Positions 21,172 to 32,394 are shown, numbered from the stretch's first letter. The stretch is 64,000 nt of DNA from Syntrophales bacterium (GCA_963662405.2 CAXXKT010000001.1:640001-704000), one strand, 5' to 3'. Program-made: numbers and translations. Notes: generated by a model not told the origin, from the letters alone.

Positions 21172-21834
21172 TTATCTCACACGGGAGAAATAGTCTTCAT
21201 CGCTCTTGTCGAGGATGTAATCCCGGACAGGATCGGGGACAAGGTACCGGATGGAACGTCGTTCCCGCACCCGGTTTCGAATATCGGTGGACGATATATC
21301 CATCGGGGCGAGGGTCCTGAAAAAAACACAGCGGTCGGCGCCCCCCCTGAAACCGTCTGCAATGGGGTCATACGTCAAAAAGGATATCATATCGGGCGGC
21401 ACAATCCCTTCCAGTGTTCTTGTTTCATATCCCGGTCTGGTCATGACAACGAAGTTGCACAGCCGCAGCAACTCCCTCCATGCCTTCCACCGAGGAATCT
21501 CCTGAAAGGCGTCCTGTCCCAGGATGAAATAAAGCTTGGTATCCTCCGGCGAGTTGTCCAGAAAATACCGGACCGTCTCGATGGAGTAGGACCTCCCGCC
21601 CCTTGTCGCTTCAATGTCCGAAATGGCAAAGGAGGGATTATTCTCGATGGCCAGGCTGAGCATCCGTGAACGGTGTTGGAAGGGAAGTATGTCACCGGCC
21701 GTCTTGAGGGGTTGCACGTGGTTCGGGATAAAGAGAATCTTGTCGAGGGCGAACAGTTCGAGGACCTCCTCGGCGCACCGCAAGTGCCCGAGATGCACGG
21801 GGTCAAAGGTTCCTCCGAATAATCCCCACTTCAT
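21172..21834 (-). CDS. nadD: Nicotinate-nucleotide adenylyltransferase
   Basis: [11 protein letters not shown] and ISSTDIR motifs. Confidence 0.95.
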   Translation of the reverse strand: MKWGLFGGTFDPVHLGHLRCAEEVLELFALDKILFIPNHVQPLKTAGDILPFQHRSRMLSLAIENNPSFAISDIEATRGGRSYSIETVRYFLDNSPEDTKLYFILGQDAFQEIPRWKAWRELLRLCNFVVMTRPGYETRTLEGIVPPDMISFLTYDPIADGFRGGADRCVFFRTLAPMDISSTDIRNRVRERRSIRYLVPDPVRDYILDKSDEDYFSRVR

Positions 21835-23087
21835 GTTCGTATCTGACCGTCACCGTAGATGATGAATTTTGTTGTCGTCAGCTCTTCGAGCCCCATGGGG
21901 CCGAAGGCATGGAGCTTGGTGGTACTGATTCCCATCTCCGCTCCCAGGCCCAGCTCGAATCCGTCGCTGAACCGGGTGGAGGCATTCACCACGACCGTGG
22001 ACGAATTGACCTTACTGAGGAAGGAGTGGGCGTTGGCGTAGTCACTCGTGACAATCGATTCCGTGTGGAGGGAACCGTACTTCTCGATATGCGCTACTGC
22101 CTCATCAAGGCTCTCGACTACCCGCACCGCGAGGATCAGATCAAGGTATTCCTCGTACCAGTCGGCCTCCGTCGCTGCCTCGATATCCGGGAGGATAGCC
22201 CGCGCCTTTTCACAACCCCTCAGGACAACACCTGCCTTGCGTAACGTGTCGGCGACGACGGGGAGAAATGAACCGGCGACGCCGTCGTGCACCAACAGGG
22301 TCTCCATGGCATTGCAGACACCCGGCCGCTGGGCCTTCGCATTGAGACAGATGGCTGTTGCCATGTTCATATCGGCACTCTCGTCCACGAATACATGACA
22401 GACCCCCTTGTAGTGCTTGATGACGGGAATCCGCGACATCTCGACCACCGCCCTGATCAACCCTTCCCCCCCACGGGGGATAATCAGGTCGATGTACTCT
22501 TCGAGCTTCAGCATCTCGCCGACGGCCTCCCGGTCGGTTGTAGAGATGATCTGTATGGCGCTCTCCGGTATGCCCGTTTCTTTCAGGACATCCTGTAGTA
22601 CCCGGGCTATGGCGAGATTGGAATGAATCGCTTCCGATCCACCCCGGAGTATGACGGCATTCCCCGATTTCAGGCATAAGGCCGCGGCATCCGCCGTCAC
22701 ATTCGGACGGGACTCATAGATTATCCCGATAACACCGAGGGGTATCCGCTTCTTTCCCACCAACAGGCCGTTGGGACGCCTTCTCATCCCGGTCACCTCA
22801 CCGACCGGATCGGGAAGAGCGGCGATCTGTTCGAGACCCTCAGCCATCCCCCTGACCGATTTTTCATCCAGCGTCAAACGGTCGATCATGGCGGATGTCA
22901 AGCCCTGTCCCCGTGCGTATTCGAGATCACGGATATTCTCTCGTATAATTTGTTCTGCTTCTTCCACCAGCCGTTCCGCCATTTTCACGAGCGCCTCGTT
23001 CTTTATAGTAGACGAAAGATTCGCGAGTATCCCGGCGGCTTTCCTGGCCTCAACCCCGACCCGTACAACCTCTGTCTTGATATCCAT
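21831..23087 (-). CDS. proA: Glutamate-5-semialdehyde dehydrogenase (gamma-glutamyl phosphate reductase)
   Basis: [26 protein letters not shown] and [12 protein letters not shown] motifs. Confidence 0.97.
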   Translation of the reverse strand: MDIKTEVVRVGVEARKAAGILANLSSTIKNEALVKMAERLVEEAEQIIRENIRDLEYARGQGLTSAMIDRLTLDEKSVRGMAEGLEQIAALPDPVGEVTGMRRRPNGLLVGKKRIPLGVIGIIYESRPNVTADAAALCLKSGNAVILRGGSEAIHSNLAIARVLQDVLKETGIPESAIQIISTTDREAVGEMLKLEEYIDLIIPRGGEGLIRAVVEMSRIPVIKHYKGVCHVFVDESADMNMATAICLNAKAQRPGVCNAMETLLVHDGVAGSFLPVVADTLRKAGVVLRGCEKARAILPDIEAATEADWYEEYLDLILAVRVVESLDEAVAHIEKYGSLHTESIVTSDYANAHSFLSKVNSSTVVVNASTRFSDGFELGLGAEMGISTTKLHAFGPMGLEELTTTKFIIYGDGQIRT

Positions 23088-23216
23088 TGCCCAGCTCCTT
23101 CATTTCATGTGATTTTACCATTGAGAAGAATGTATCTATAGTATATGAGAGGTCCTGTCAAGAATTCCAAAATAATTCATCGTTTGAAGTGCCCCTACAG
23201 GAAAAGACAAATGCCT

Positions 23217-24281
23217 ATGAATAAGCTATGTGTCAGAGCGGGAGAGCAGGTATATCAAATCATACAGGACGGACATTTGTCGTTTGACGATATCACGACA
23301 TACATCGGAACTGCTGCAGGACCCCGGTGGCTTCTCGCCACCGGGTTCGATCGAGCCATCCTGAAGGGCAACGTGCTCGGAGTCAAGCGGCCCGTGATAC
23401 TCGCCGGCTCATCGGCGGGGGCGATGCGCCTCGCCGCATGGATGCAACCGGAGCCCGAAAAGAGTTACGAGAAACTCATTGAGGCGTATATCGCCATGCA
23501 CGTTACCAAAAAGGACACTCCCGAGACAATCATGCGGTCCATCCGCACCGTTATCGATTCCTATGTCGACGACGATGCCCTCCCTTTCGCATTGTCCAAC
23601 AAGCGATATCGGTTGGCGATCATTACGGCCCGGGCGAAGCGCCTTGCCGCCTCAAATGTGCGGTGGCTGCAGAGGCTGGGTCTTGGCACGGCATTCGCGT
23701 GCAATGCCCTCAGTCGAAATTCAATCCATCAGTTTTTCCAGCGGGTTGTGTTCCACAACAGTCCCCTTCTCCCCTATTTCTGTCTGAATCACGATTTTAG
23801 AGGTCAGGCGATCCCCCTGAACGAGGCCAATTTCAAACCCGCCCTCTTGGCCTCAGCAGCAACGCCGCTCCTCTGTACCGGCGTCAGAGACATATACGGT
23901 GCGCCGAGGGGTATGTATCGCGATGGAGGATTGACGGATTACCATCTCAATCAGAGATATTCGGGCTCCGGCTCTGTCACCCTCCTTTTCAACCATCAAC
24001 GGAGCTTGGTACCAACCGTTATGGATAAATCAATCCCTTCCCGGCAACCTTCACGGGATTACTTGGGGAATATCCTCCTGGTCTATCCCTCAAACGACTT
24101 TATCCGTCTCTTGCCCTATGAGCACCTCCCCGATCGGGATGATTTCAAAAAGTATGCCGACAATCCCATGAAAAGGATACGGTCCTGGAAAAGAGCGGTC
24201 ACGGTTTCGGAACACCTTGGAGATGAGTTCCTGGAACTGGTAGAAAGCGGCAAGCTTCGTGAGGTGACAGAGAGGTTATAG
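23217..24281 (+). CDS. Patatin-like phospholipase family protein
   Basis: AAGPRWL, GSSAG nucleophile elbow, YRDGGLTDYH. Confidence 0.8.
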   Translation: MNKLCVRAGEQVYQIIQDGHLSFDDITTYIGTAAGPRWLLATGFDRAILKGNVLGVKRPVILAGSSAGAMRLAAWMQPEPEKSYEKLIEAYIAMHVTKKDTPETIMRSIRTVIDSYVDDDALPFALSNKRYRLAIITARAKRLAASNVRWLQRLGLGTAFACNALSRNSIHQFFQRVVFHNSPLLPYFCLNHDFRGQAIPLNEANFKPALLASAATPLLCTGVRDIYGAPRGMYRDGGLTDYHLNQRYSGSGSVTLLFNHQRSLVPTVMDKSIPSRQPSRDYLGNILLVYPSNDFIRLLPYEHLPDRDDFKKYADNPMKRIRSWKRAVTVSEHLGDEFLELVESGKLREVTERL

Positions 24282-24285
24282 GACA

Positions 24286-25251
24286 ATGAGCCCAAGATAT
24301 CTCGGCAAGGGCAGGGAGGATACGTTAGGAAAGACGGCGGACACCCTTGCCGGCGTCCTGAAGAGTTGCGTCCTGTGCCCGCACCGGTGCCGCGTCGACA
24401 GGACGGTGGGGGAGCGGGGATTCTGCAATCTCGGCGCCCTCCCGATGGTCGACAGCGCCCTGCCACACCACGGCGAAGAGCCCGTTCTCTCGGGACATGG
24501 CGGCGCGGGGACCATCTTTTTTTCATCGTGCAACATGCGGTGTATCTATTGCCAGAACTGGCAGATCAGTCACCACGTTACGGGTAAAAACCTGGGCCCC
24601 TCTGAATTGTCACGCATAATGAGAAACCTCCAAGAGCAGGGATGCCACAACATCGATGCGGTGACGCCGACTCCCCATCTCCCGGGAATCATTGCGGCCC
24701 TCCTCGATGCCTCACGGTACGGCCTTTCGATCCCTCTCGTGTACAACTGCGGTGGGTATGAAAACCCGGATATCATCAGGCTCCTCGACGGGATTACCGA
24801 CATCTACCTTCCCGATCTCAAGTACGGGAACGATCACGACGCCCAGGCCTTTTCGGGGGTGGACGATTACGTCCGTCATGCCGACGCCGCGCTCCGGGAG
24901 ATGGTGCGACAGGTGGGAGAATCGCTGGAGACCGAGAACGGTATCGCCACGCGGGGGGTGATCATTCGCCACCTGGTCCTCCCCGGCAGGGTAGAAAACA
25001 GCCTGCAGGTCTTAAAGATTATCAAGGGAATATCAACCTCCCTGTCGCTCAGCCTCATGTCACAGTATACCCCCGTGCAACCCGTCGCACGACACCCCCT
25101 CCTCGGGCGGAGGGTAACAAAAGAAGAATATGAAACGGTAGTAAACACGGCAATCGAAATGGGCTTCGACAATCTCTTTGTGCAGGGGGTAAACGATCGC
25201 CACCTCGCCCCGGATTTCGACCGGGACGCCCCCTTCCAATGGGAAGATTAG
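24286..25251 (+). CDS. Radical SAM protein, PflX-like
   Basis: CVLCPHRC, GTIFFSSCNMRCIYCQN, DIYLPDLKY and IIRHLVLPG motifs. Confidence 0.88.
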   Translation: MSPRYLGKGREDTLGKTADTLAGVLKSCVLCPHRCRVDRTVGERGFCNLGALPMVDSALPHHGEEPVLSGHGGAGTIFFSSCNMRCIYCQNWQISHHVTGKNLGPSELSRIMRNLQEQGCHNIDAVTPTPHLPGIIAALLDASRYGLSIPLVYNCGGYENPDIIRLLDGITDIYLPDLKYGNDHDAQAFSGVDDYVRHADAALREMVRQVGESLETENGIATRGVIIRHLVLPGRVENSLQVLKIIKGISTSLSLSLMSQYTPVQPVARHPLLGRRVTKEEYETVVNTAIEMGFDNLFVQGVNDRHLAPDFDRDAPFQWED

Positions 25252-25287
25252 CAGAATACAGGGAGCAAACGCTCTCAGGCGGGGGGG

Positions 25288-25962
25288 TTATTTCCCTCCG
25301 ATGTCCTGAACCGTCACCCCCGGCGGCGGGGTGAATTCGAACAACTCATCCGGGGGGTCGGCATTGAAGATAATATGGTCGAAGGTAAGGCGTGTCTCGT
25401 TCTCGTAGAGATCGGTAAAGACACACCCCACAATATGATAGGTGCCTCTCTTTACAATCAGCAATAACTGTTTGATACCGGCTTCATACTCCTGTGGTTT
25501 CAGAAGGATCCGATAGTTGCCGGCTTCGTCGGTCGAGCCCTCTGCCGGAAAGCTCACCACGAAATCATCCGTGAGACGGCCGATACCGGTCAGAAAGCGG
25601 ATCGTCATCTTTGAGGACAAGACAACCCGTGCGTCCTGTACATACACGATCTTTTCATCCGGGACATATAACCACGCCTTTTGCGGGTTGATGACCAGCT
25701 TTTTCATCGAAGGGGCGGCATAGTCCCACAGCATCCTCTCCGGTTTTTTCAGGTAGACGGTTCCTTCCTCCCGCGTGGTCTTCCCCATCGACTTGATGGT
25801 CGCCTCCTGGACAAAAGCCGCCTTGAAATCCGCGGTACGGTCATAGGTCGCCTGGACCTTGCCTATCAGTTCATCGAGGGAGAGGGATTGGGCAAAGACC
25901 GGCAAACCCTTAACAATTAAGACAGAAATGAGGATCTGAATCAGGATCATCCTCTTCAGCAT
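25288..25962 (-). CDS. lolA: Outer membrane lipoprotein carrier protein LolA
   Basis: Signal peptide, GTVYLKKP..MLWDY, C-terminal FEFTPPPGV. Confidence 0.85.
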   Translation of the reverse strand: MLKRMILIQILISVLIVKGLPVFAQSLSLDELIGKVQATYDRTADFKAAFVQEATIKSMGKTTREEGTVYLKKPERMLWDYAAPSMKKLVINPQKAWLYVPDEKIVYVQDARVVLSSKMTIRFLTGIGRLTDDFVVSFPAEGSTDEAGNYRILLKPQEYEAGIKQLLLIVKRGTYHIVGCVFTDLYENETRLTFDHIIFNADPPDELFEFTPPPGVTVQDIGGK

Positions 25963-26091
25963 GAAATGGTTTACATAAGATGGGAACATCGATGAAAAGG
26001 TACCTATACAATAACGGCTATATAGACGTAAGCGTCTATTATTACTAATCATAAATCGATGCTCGCTTTGCAGGCAATCTGGTCTAAGATA

Positions 26092-26161
26092 TCGTCAACA
26101 GAATAGTTACTCGCCATATCAACAGCCTTATCAACAGGCATATCAACAGTTCTGTGGATTG
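26092..26161. promoter_or_regulatory. Cluster of DnaA-box-like 9-mers
   Basis: ATATCAACA(26116), TTATCAACA(26128) and ATATCAACA(26140) at a 12-bp period, plus inverted TGTGGATTG(26153) and TCGTCAACA(26092). Confidence 0.55.
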
Positions 26162-26197
26162 TTGCCCGGAAATCTTTTTCTTTTGCAACTGGACCGT

Positions 26198-27271
26198 TTA
26201 CGCAATTTTCACCCTCCATCCAAAGGGATCTTCTTTGTCGCCATACTGGATCTGAAGTATTTCGTTATACAGTTTCTCCGTCAATGATCCGGTCTTCCCT
26301 TCCCCGATCACATATTCCTTTCCTCGAAAGAAGATCTGCCCCACCGGTGAGACGATGGCGGCGGTTCCGGATGCAAAGACCTCCTTCAGGGTCCCGTCCG
26401 CTTCGGCACGCAGTATCTCATCCATCGACAACTGCTCCTCAAGGACGTTGACCCCCCATGATTGTGCCAATCGTATGACAGCATCGCGCGTGACACCGGG
26501 GAGAATGCTCCCCGACAGGGGTGGCGTGATCAGATTGTCCCCGATTACGAAGAAGATGTTGCTTGTTCCGACCTCTTCGATATATTTACGTTCTTTCGCG
26601 TCGAGCCAGAGGACCTGTGTGTAGCCCATCTCCGATGCCTCACGGCTCGCATAGAGACTGGCCGCGTAGTTCCCCGCCGCCTTGCGATCTCCCACTCCCC
26701 CGGGGGTCGAACGGGTGTACTTCTCGCTCACGTATATCTTGGTGGGACTGAACCCCTCCGGATAATAGGCCCCCACCGGTCCCACAATGATGAAGAAGAG
26801 ATACCGGTTTGAGGGATGAACCCCGAGAGCGACCTCGGTGGCGATCATCGTCGGCCTGATATACAGCGATGTTCCTTCACCGCGAGGTATCCAATCCTTT
26901 TCCAAGAGAACCAGTTGCTTCAACGCCTCCATGAACAGGGTTTCATCGACCTGGGGCATGCACAGACGGTCCGCCGAGCGGTTCATTCGCTTGATATTTT
27001 CTTCCGGTCTGAAAAGAAAGATCGATTCATCGTCTCCCCGGTAGGCCTTCATCCCCTCGAATATCTCCTGCCCGTAGTGGAGACACATGGAGGCCGGATC
27101 GAGATAGAGAGGGCGCATCGGCTCTATGGAGGGACCGTGCCAGCCCCTGCCCTCATCATAATTCATAATGAAGAAATGATCGGTAAATATCTTGCCGAAT
27201 CCGAGTGTCGATTCATCCTTCGGTTTTGGTTTCATACGATTCGGATCAGCTGGCGTGACTCTTATTTTCAT
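26198..27271 (-). CDS. ilvE: Branched-chain amino acid aminotransferase
   Basis: LHYGQEIFEGMKAY, SLYIRP, KAAGNYAAS, EEVGTSN and ILPGVTR motifs. Confidence 0.95.
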   Translation of the reverse strand: MKIRVTPADPNRMKPKPKDESTLGFGKIFTDHFFIMNYDEGRGWHGPSIEPMRPLYLDPASMCLHYGQEIFEGMKAYRGDDESIFLFRPEENIKRMNRSADRLCMPQVDETLFMEALKQLVLLEKDWIPRGEGTSLYIRPTMIATEVALGVHPSNRYLFFIIVGPVGAYYPEGFSPTKIYVSEKYTRSTPGGVGDRKAAGNYAASLYASREASEMGYTQVLWLDAKERKYIEEVGTSNIFFVIGDNLITPPLSGSILPGVTRDAVIRLAQSWGVNVLEEQLSMDEILRAEADGTLKEVFASGTAAIVSPVGQIFFRGKEYVIGEGKTGSLTEKLYNEILQIQYGDKEDPFGWRVKIA

Positions 27272-27493
27272 TGTGGTTTTCCTTTCAAAAGGTGTAATCC
27301 CCGACGGTGCTGTTTCTGATCGGTATCCCCTACGAGAATTGTAGAGAAATACCCGCAAATATACCGACCTGTCAAGGGTAAAAAGGGGTAAACAGGGGAT
27401 TGAGGATCTTCTCCCGCGCCTTGATTGAAGATGCGCTATCGAATGGTATTGGATACATGTGACACGGTGATTCACGAAAAAGTGGCATCCCCC

Positions 27494-27700
27494 AATAGAT
27501 GCGAGATTACCATTGCAGCAGACATGTGTCTACCCAAAGGCATAGATAAATCTAAGAAATATCCGGCCATCACTGTCGGCACGCCCTATGGCGGGGTGAA
27601 AGAGCAGGGGGCGGGTATCTCCGCGCAAACCATGGCAGAAGGAACCCTATATTGTCCCGGGCGCGAGACATATCGATTTGTACGACCGGTCTTGACAAGC
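27494..27700 (+). pseudogene. Internally deleted alpha/beta hydrolase (YcjY/peptidase S15-like) remnant
   Basis: The N-terminal motif KYPAITVGTPYGGVKEQGAG is joined out of frame directly to the C-terminal motif KEPYIVPGARHIDLYDR. Confidence 0.75.
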
Positions 27701-28007
27701 TCATCTTCTTTTTGACCACATCTCTGAAATAGGGTGATGCGCAAGACCTGTATCGATGACTGAACAGGGTGATTGGCATAACGCCCGTGGGAGAACTCCG
27801 CCTTGGCACGGCAATGGATACCGGGCCGATCCGCGTCCGGAGAAAGGATTTCATTTCCGTGGTTGAAGCAGCGGGCGGCAGGACCAAGACCGAAAGCGCT
27901 CGGAAGATACTGAACACGATGCTGTGCCGCGGGAAATAACCGGATCTTCCGAAGCCTGAACAAATCATACGATAAGATCAGATAAGAAGAAGGGAAGATT
28001 GCCGCTT

Positions 28008-29534
28008 CTATATCACATCCCGATCAAGGGAACGGTACTGGATGGCTTCCGACACGTGTGACGGGCCGATCTCTTTTTCACCATCGAGATCGGCGATGGT
28101 CCGTGCCACCTTCAGGATTCGGGTATAGGCCCGGGCGCTCAGACCAAGCCGATCGACCGCCATCTCGATGAGCCGCCTCGATTCATCGTCCAGGACACAG
28201 TGTCTCCTGATCTGCCGGGCGGTCATCCCTGCATTGGACTGAAGAGATGTCTTGAAACGCTTTTCCTGAATCGCCCGTGCCCCGCCCACTCGTTTCCTGA
28301 TTGTCTCTGATGTCTCTCCGCCCCCACTCCCCGCAAGCTCCCGGTACCTGACGGCGGGGACCTCGATGTGGATATCGATCCGGTCGAGGAGAGGACCGGA
28401 GATCTTCGCCCGGTACTGGCGTATCTGATTGGGAGTACACCGGCACTGCCGCCGACTGTCGGTAAAGTACCCGCAGGGGCAGGGGTTCATGGCGGCTACC
28501 AGCATGAATCGCGCGGGATAGGTTGCCGAGGCGGACGAGCGGGAGACGGTAATGGAGCCGCTCTCCAGGGGCTGCCGCAGGACCTCCAGGACGTTCCGTC
28601 TGAACTCCGGCAACTCATCGAGGAACAGGATTCCGTTATGGGCAAGACTGATCTCACCCGGCCTCGGGACGCGTCCTCCTCCCACCAGCCCCGCGTCGGA
28701 TATGGAGTGATGGGGCGCGCGAAAGGGGCGCGCAACCAGGATCGGCTCCTTCCTCCCGAGGAGTCCGGCGACGGAGTGGACCTTCGTCGTCTCCACGGCC
28801 TCTTCAAAGGAGAGATCGGGGAGGATCGTCAGGAGTCGCTGTGCCAGCATGGTCTTCCCGGAACCGGGGGGACCGACCATCAGGATATTGTGATTCCCGG
28901 CCGCCGCCACCTCCAGGGCCCGTTTTGCCTGATTCTGCCCGGCGACCTCGCTGAAATCAAAGGGATACCGACACCGCTGAGAGAAGAGTCGGGAGAGGTC
29001 CGTCTTCAAGGGAACGACCTCCCGTGCCCCGTTCAGGAATTCAACCGCGTCGTGCAGGTAGTCAACGGGGATTACCTCGATCGATTCGACCATCGACCCT
29101 TCCGCGGCGTTTTCACGGGGAAGCACGATCCCCCTGAGTCCTTTCTCCCCCGCCTGAATTGCAGCGGGGAGGGCGCCGCTGACACCCTTGACGCTCCCGT
29201 CGAGGGACAGTTCACCCGTGAAGAGATATTCGGAGAGGCAATCCGGTGAGACAACCCCCTGCGCCGCGAGTATCCCGATGGCGATGGGGAGGTCAAACCC
29301 CGTTCCCTCTTTCTTGATGTCGGCGGGGGCGAGATTGACGGTCACACGGGTGCCGGGGAAGGTATAGCCGGAATTATGTATGGCAGCCTTGATTCGATCC
29401 TTGCTCTCCTTGACGGACAGGTCGGGGAGACCGACCGTGAAGAACTGCGGGAGACCACGCGACACATCGACCTCCACCTCCACCGGCCAGGAATCGATAC
29501 CCAGTATGGCACTGCTCGTAACCTTGACGATCAC
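28008..29534 (-). CDS. comM: YifB/ComM family Mg-chelatase-like AAA+ ATPase
   Basis: [35 protein letters not shown] and AMNPCPCG motifs. Confidence 0.93.
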   Translation of the reverse strand: MIVKVTSSAILGIDSWPVEVEVDVSRGLPQFFTVGLPDLSVKESKDRIKAAIHNSGYTFPGTRVTVNLAPADIKKEGTGFDLPIAIGILAAQGVVSPDCLSEYLFTGELSLDGSVKGVSGALPAAIQAGEKGLRGIVLPRENAAEGSMVESIEVIPVDYLHDAVEFLNGAREVVPLKTDLSRLFSQRCRYPFDFSEVAGQNQAKRALEVAAAGNHNILMVGPPGSGKTMLAQRLLTILPDLSFEEAVETTKVHSVAGLLGRKEPILVARPFRAPHHSISDAGLVGGGRVPRPGEISLAHNGILFLDELPEFRRNVLEVLRQPLESGSITVSRSSASATYPARFMLVAAMNPCPCGYFTDSRRQCRCTPNQIRQYRAKISGPLLDRIDIHIEVPAVRYRELAGSGGGETSETIRKRVGGARAIQEKRFKTSLQSNAGMTARQIRRHCVLDDESRRLIEMAVDRLGLSARAYTRILKVARTIADLDGEKEIGPSHVSEAIQYRSLDRDVI

Positions 29535-29650
29535 TATCCATACCTCGCAGATACGGTTCTCGTCATACAGCGCGAAACATAGTGTCTATGCTATTGAATA
29601 AAGAGCGGTATGGCAAGGGTTTTTATTGCCTTACCACAGTCGTACCGGTG

Positions 29651-30127
29651 TCATATCTTCCCTTCGCGCTCCAGTGCGGCGCACGTGGTCATGACAAATT
29701 CGAGAAAGACATCACAGGTTGTTTTCCAGTCCTCGTTGTGCATCCGCCGCTCAATATCAGCGGAATTCGAGTAGTCACAACCGGAGAGCGCGTGGCAATC
29801 CGTACTCCCGAATTCCTTCAGAAATAAGCGGTAGAGCCGCGCCACCCCCGCGATGGCCCGTTCCCGCTCTTTCGGGGACTCTTCGGGGATGCCTTGTCTG
29901 CCGCTGCAACACTTCAGACCGATAGCGACGCTGCTCCCGATCAGGAGACCGCAGGTCGTCTGTCCCGTTCCGATGGCCCCCATGTACCCCGCCGTGGCCC
30001 ACGAAAATTCCTCCTTGGGAAGGTCCCACAGATCCTGCAGCCCCTGCAGGGTGGCCTCGGCTCAGGTATACAGGTGCATTCGGGTCAATGCATCGTCAAG
30101 TATCCCGTCAAGTCTGTCCTCGCCCAT
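29651..30127 (-). CDS. C-GCAxxG-C-C family redox protein, selenocysteine-containing (U22)
   Basis: RBS GAGGAGG and ATG 30127. An in-frame TGA at 30064-30062 gives YT-U-AEA in the slot of the family's first Cys. The frame continues into TCG, FGSTDC and a final Cys. A hairpin starts 11 nt after the UGA. Confidence 0.85.
30026..30054 (-). promoter_or_regulatory. Bacterial SECIS-like hairpin
   Basis: Minus strand CCAC-CCTGCAG-GGG-CTGCAGG-ATCT-GTGG. The core stem starts 11 nt 3' of the UGA. Confidence 0.7.
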
Positions 30128-30160
30128 ACCGCCTCCTCTTGTCCGTGACTGATGAGACAA

Positions 30161-30913
30161 CTATTTCTCCGAAGGGATTGTGAACCGCCAGGCGCAGAAC
30201 CACTCATCGGGATGGGGATCCGGGGGACACCCAATGCACTCGGTCCGGATCCTCACATCGACTCCCTCGGCAAAGCGACCATACTCAACCAGACCGACCG
30301 ATTTGCAGGGATAATCTTCGAGTCCCCTGCGCTTGCGCGCCGACTGGACACGGCAGTCATTCATCTGAAAGACAATACTGTCCGGCCCCTCATCGACGAT
30401 GGACTGGACATTGACGCTGGCGTACATCCGGAACCGGAGCGCCTTTTTCAACCCCTCCAGTCCCGGACACTCGTCCAACCCCAAGAACTGTTTGATCGAC
30501 CATGCCTCGAAGGGAGAAAAACGCGTCCAGCAGGTGTCGTTGCACCGCTTGGCATCGTTCATCCCGTAGACGCTCTCCATCGCCTGAAACCAGACACCGT
30601 CCCCGGCGATCCAGTTCGCGCCGAGGCTGTCGACCAATTTGAGGAGTTTTTCGCGCGGCATATCGAGTAGGGGCGTGGGGATTCCTTCTTTCATCTCGAA
30701 ATCGAGGGTCCGCGAGAGCCGCTTCATCTGCACATCATAACTCCCACGGTAGGCGGTCTTCATGACATCCAGAGCCTTCTCGAACCCCATCTGGTGCTCC
30801 ACTTCCCTGAACCAAAGGGTGTGGTGCACAATGGTACGGTGCAGCATATCCACAATAAAACGGGCCAGATCCTCATGGCCCAGGTCTTTAATGTTCTGTA
30901 CATCACTATCCAT
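30161..30913 (-). CDS. DUF6125-like protein
   Basis: WIAGDGVWF, CRVQSARKRRGL..YPCKSVG and CPPDPHPDEWFCAWRF motifs. Confidence 0.75.
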   Translation of the reverse strand: MDSDVQNIKDLGHEDLARFIVDMLHRTIVHHTLWFREVEHQMGFEKALDVMKTAYRGSYDVQMKRLSRTLDFEMKEGIPTPLLDMPREKLLKLVDSLGANWIAGDGVWFQAMESVYGMNDAKRCNDTCWTRFSPFEAWSIKQFLGLDECPGLEGLKKALRFRMYASVNVQSIVDEGPDSIVFQMNDCRVQSARKRRGLEDYPCKSVGLVEYGRFAEGVDVRIRTECIGCPPDPHPDEWFCAWRFTIPSEK

Positions 30914-30940
30914 CGTATTTCCTTTCTCGACGTGCCGGGG

Positions 30941-31498
30941 CTACAACCCTTCAGGCACTTGATATTCCATGTAGAACCGGTAGAAGGCGGCGAGAATCAG
31001 GGAATTGGTAATCGAACCTCCGCGGATCAGGTCGGGGATCTCCTTCAATGGGTACAGCACTACTTCGATATCTTCCTTCTCATCCAGTTGCTGGCGCCCC
31101 TCCAGGACCACATTTGTGGCAACAAAGGTGTAGCAGCGGTTGTTCTGGAGCGCGGGGTTCGGGTGGACCCAACTGAGGGGGATCATCTTCTCCTCGCGGT
31201 ACCCGGTCTCCTCCCGCAACTCCCGGCTGGCCGCAACCGCGGGGGTGTCATGGTCTTCGATGAGTCCTCCGGGGATCTCCAGCGTGACATCCCTCACACC
31301 GTGGCGGTACTGCTCGATCAGGACCACCTCGTTGTCGGGGGTAATCGGGATAACGTTCACCCAGTCGGACGATTCGACAACAAAGAAATCGTGAGCCTCC
31401 CCCGTCCGGGGTGAACGCGCCCGATCGGTGCGGACATTGAACACGCGATACGACTTTTCGTCTGTCGTTGACAGGATTTTCCACAATTCAGGAGCCAT
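30941..31498 (-). CDS. NUDIX hydrolase (ADP-ribose pyrophosphatase-like)
   Basis: Nudix box PGG...AASRELREETGY. Confidence 0.92.
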   Translation of the reverse strand: MAPELWKILSTTDEKSYRVFNVRTDRARSPRTGEAHDFFVVESSDWVNVIPITPDNEVVLIEQYRHGVRDVTLEIPGGLIEDHDTPAVAASRELREETGYREEKMIPLSWVHPNPALQNNRCYTFVATNVVLEGRQQLDEKEDIEVVLYPLKEIPDLIRGGSITNSLILAAFYRFYMEYQVPEGL

Positions 31499-31737
31499 GA
31501 GCCTCCTCCCTCTTCATACATGGATTTCCCGCCGATGACCGGCGGAGAGTAACGCGATTACCGTAATTGAAAAAGCGCGGTCGGTCAAGGGGAATGGACG
31601 ATCATATCGAATGGGCTTTGTTCGATCGGTTATCTCCTCCTCCAATTCGCACCAAAGACTGCTTGACAGGCAGGACAGAAGCGTCTACATAATCAAACTC
31701 CATAGTTTAACAAAGATGTTGGACAGAGGTGTCAGAC

Positions 31738-32394
31738 ATGACGTACACGCAGGAAGATTCCCCGGACAAGGATCAACTTATCCTCGAGGCGGCAAAACGG
31801 GTATTCGTTCGGAAGGGGCTGGACGGCGCCGTTATGCAGGATATCGCCGATGAAGCCGGGATCCACCGTACGGCCCTCCATTACTATTTCCGCAGCAAGA
31901 AAAAACTCTTTGAGGCCGTTTTCGACAACCTTTTCGACCGTTTCATCCCTGAAGTGGAAGAAATCATCTCCGGGACAATGCCCTTTCAAGAAAAGATCGA
32001 ATGGTTCGTGGACCATTATCTTGACCTCCTGAAAGAAAATCCCTATCTGCCCAACTTTATCATGAACGAACTCAACAAGAACCCCGACAAGATCATCGAG
32101 CGGTTCACCATGAAGGGGATCCTGTCAGATCATATGCGACGGTGGATAGAGGATGAACTGGACTACTTCCAATCGGACATTCCCCCTTCCCAGTTTATGG
32201 CGAATCTGATCAGCATGTGTGTCTTCCCCTTTATCGCCAAACCCCTGTTAAAAGAGTTCTTTATCGATGATAAACCTGAAGCTTTTAACCGCTTTATCAA
32301 CGAGAGGAAGAGAATCATTGTTGAGACCCTGATGTCCAGCATCAGGAATTCCTCTTTGCCGAAGCCTGTGAATATCAAAAATTCCAGCACCTGA
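31738..32394 (+). CDS. TetR/AcrR family transcriptional regulator
   Basis: HTH MQDIADEAGIHRTALHYYFRSK. TTGACA at 31663 and short palindromes at 31695-31721 upstream. Confidence 0.92.
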   Translation: MTYTQEDSPDKDQLILEAAKRVFVRKGLDGAVMQDIADEAGIHRTALHYYFRSKKKLFEAVFDNLFDRFIPEVEEIISGTMPFQEKIEWFVDHYLDLLKENPYLPNFIMNELNKNPDKIIERFTMKGILSDHMRRWIEDELDYFQSDIPPSQFMANLISMCVFPFIAKPLLKEFFIDDKPEAFNRFINERKRIIVETLMSSIRNSSLPKPVNIKNSST

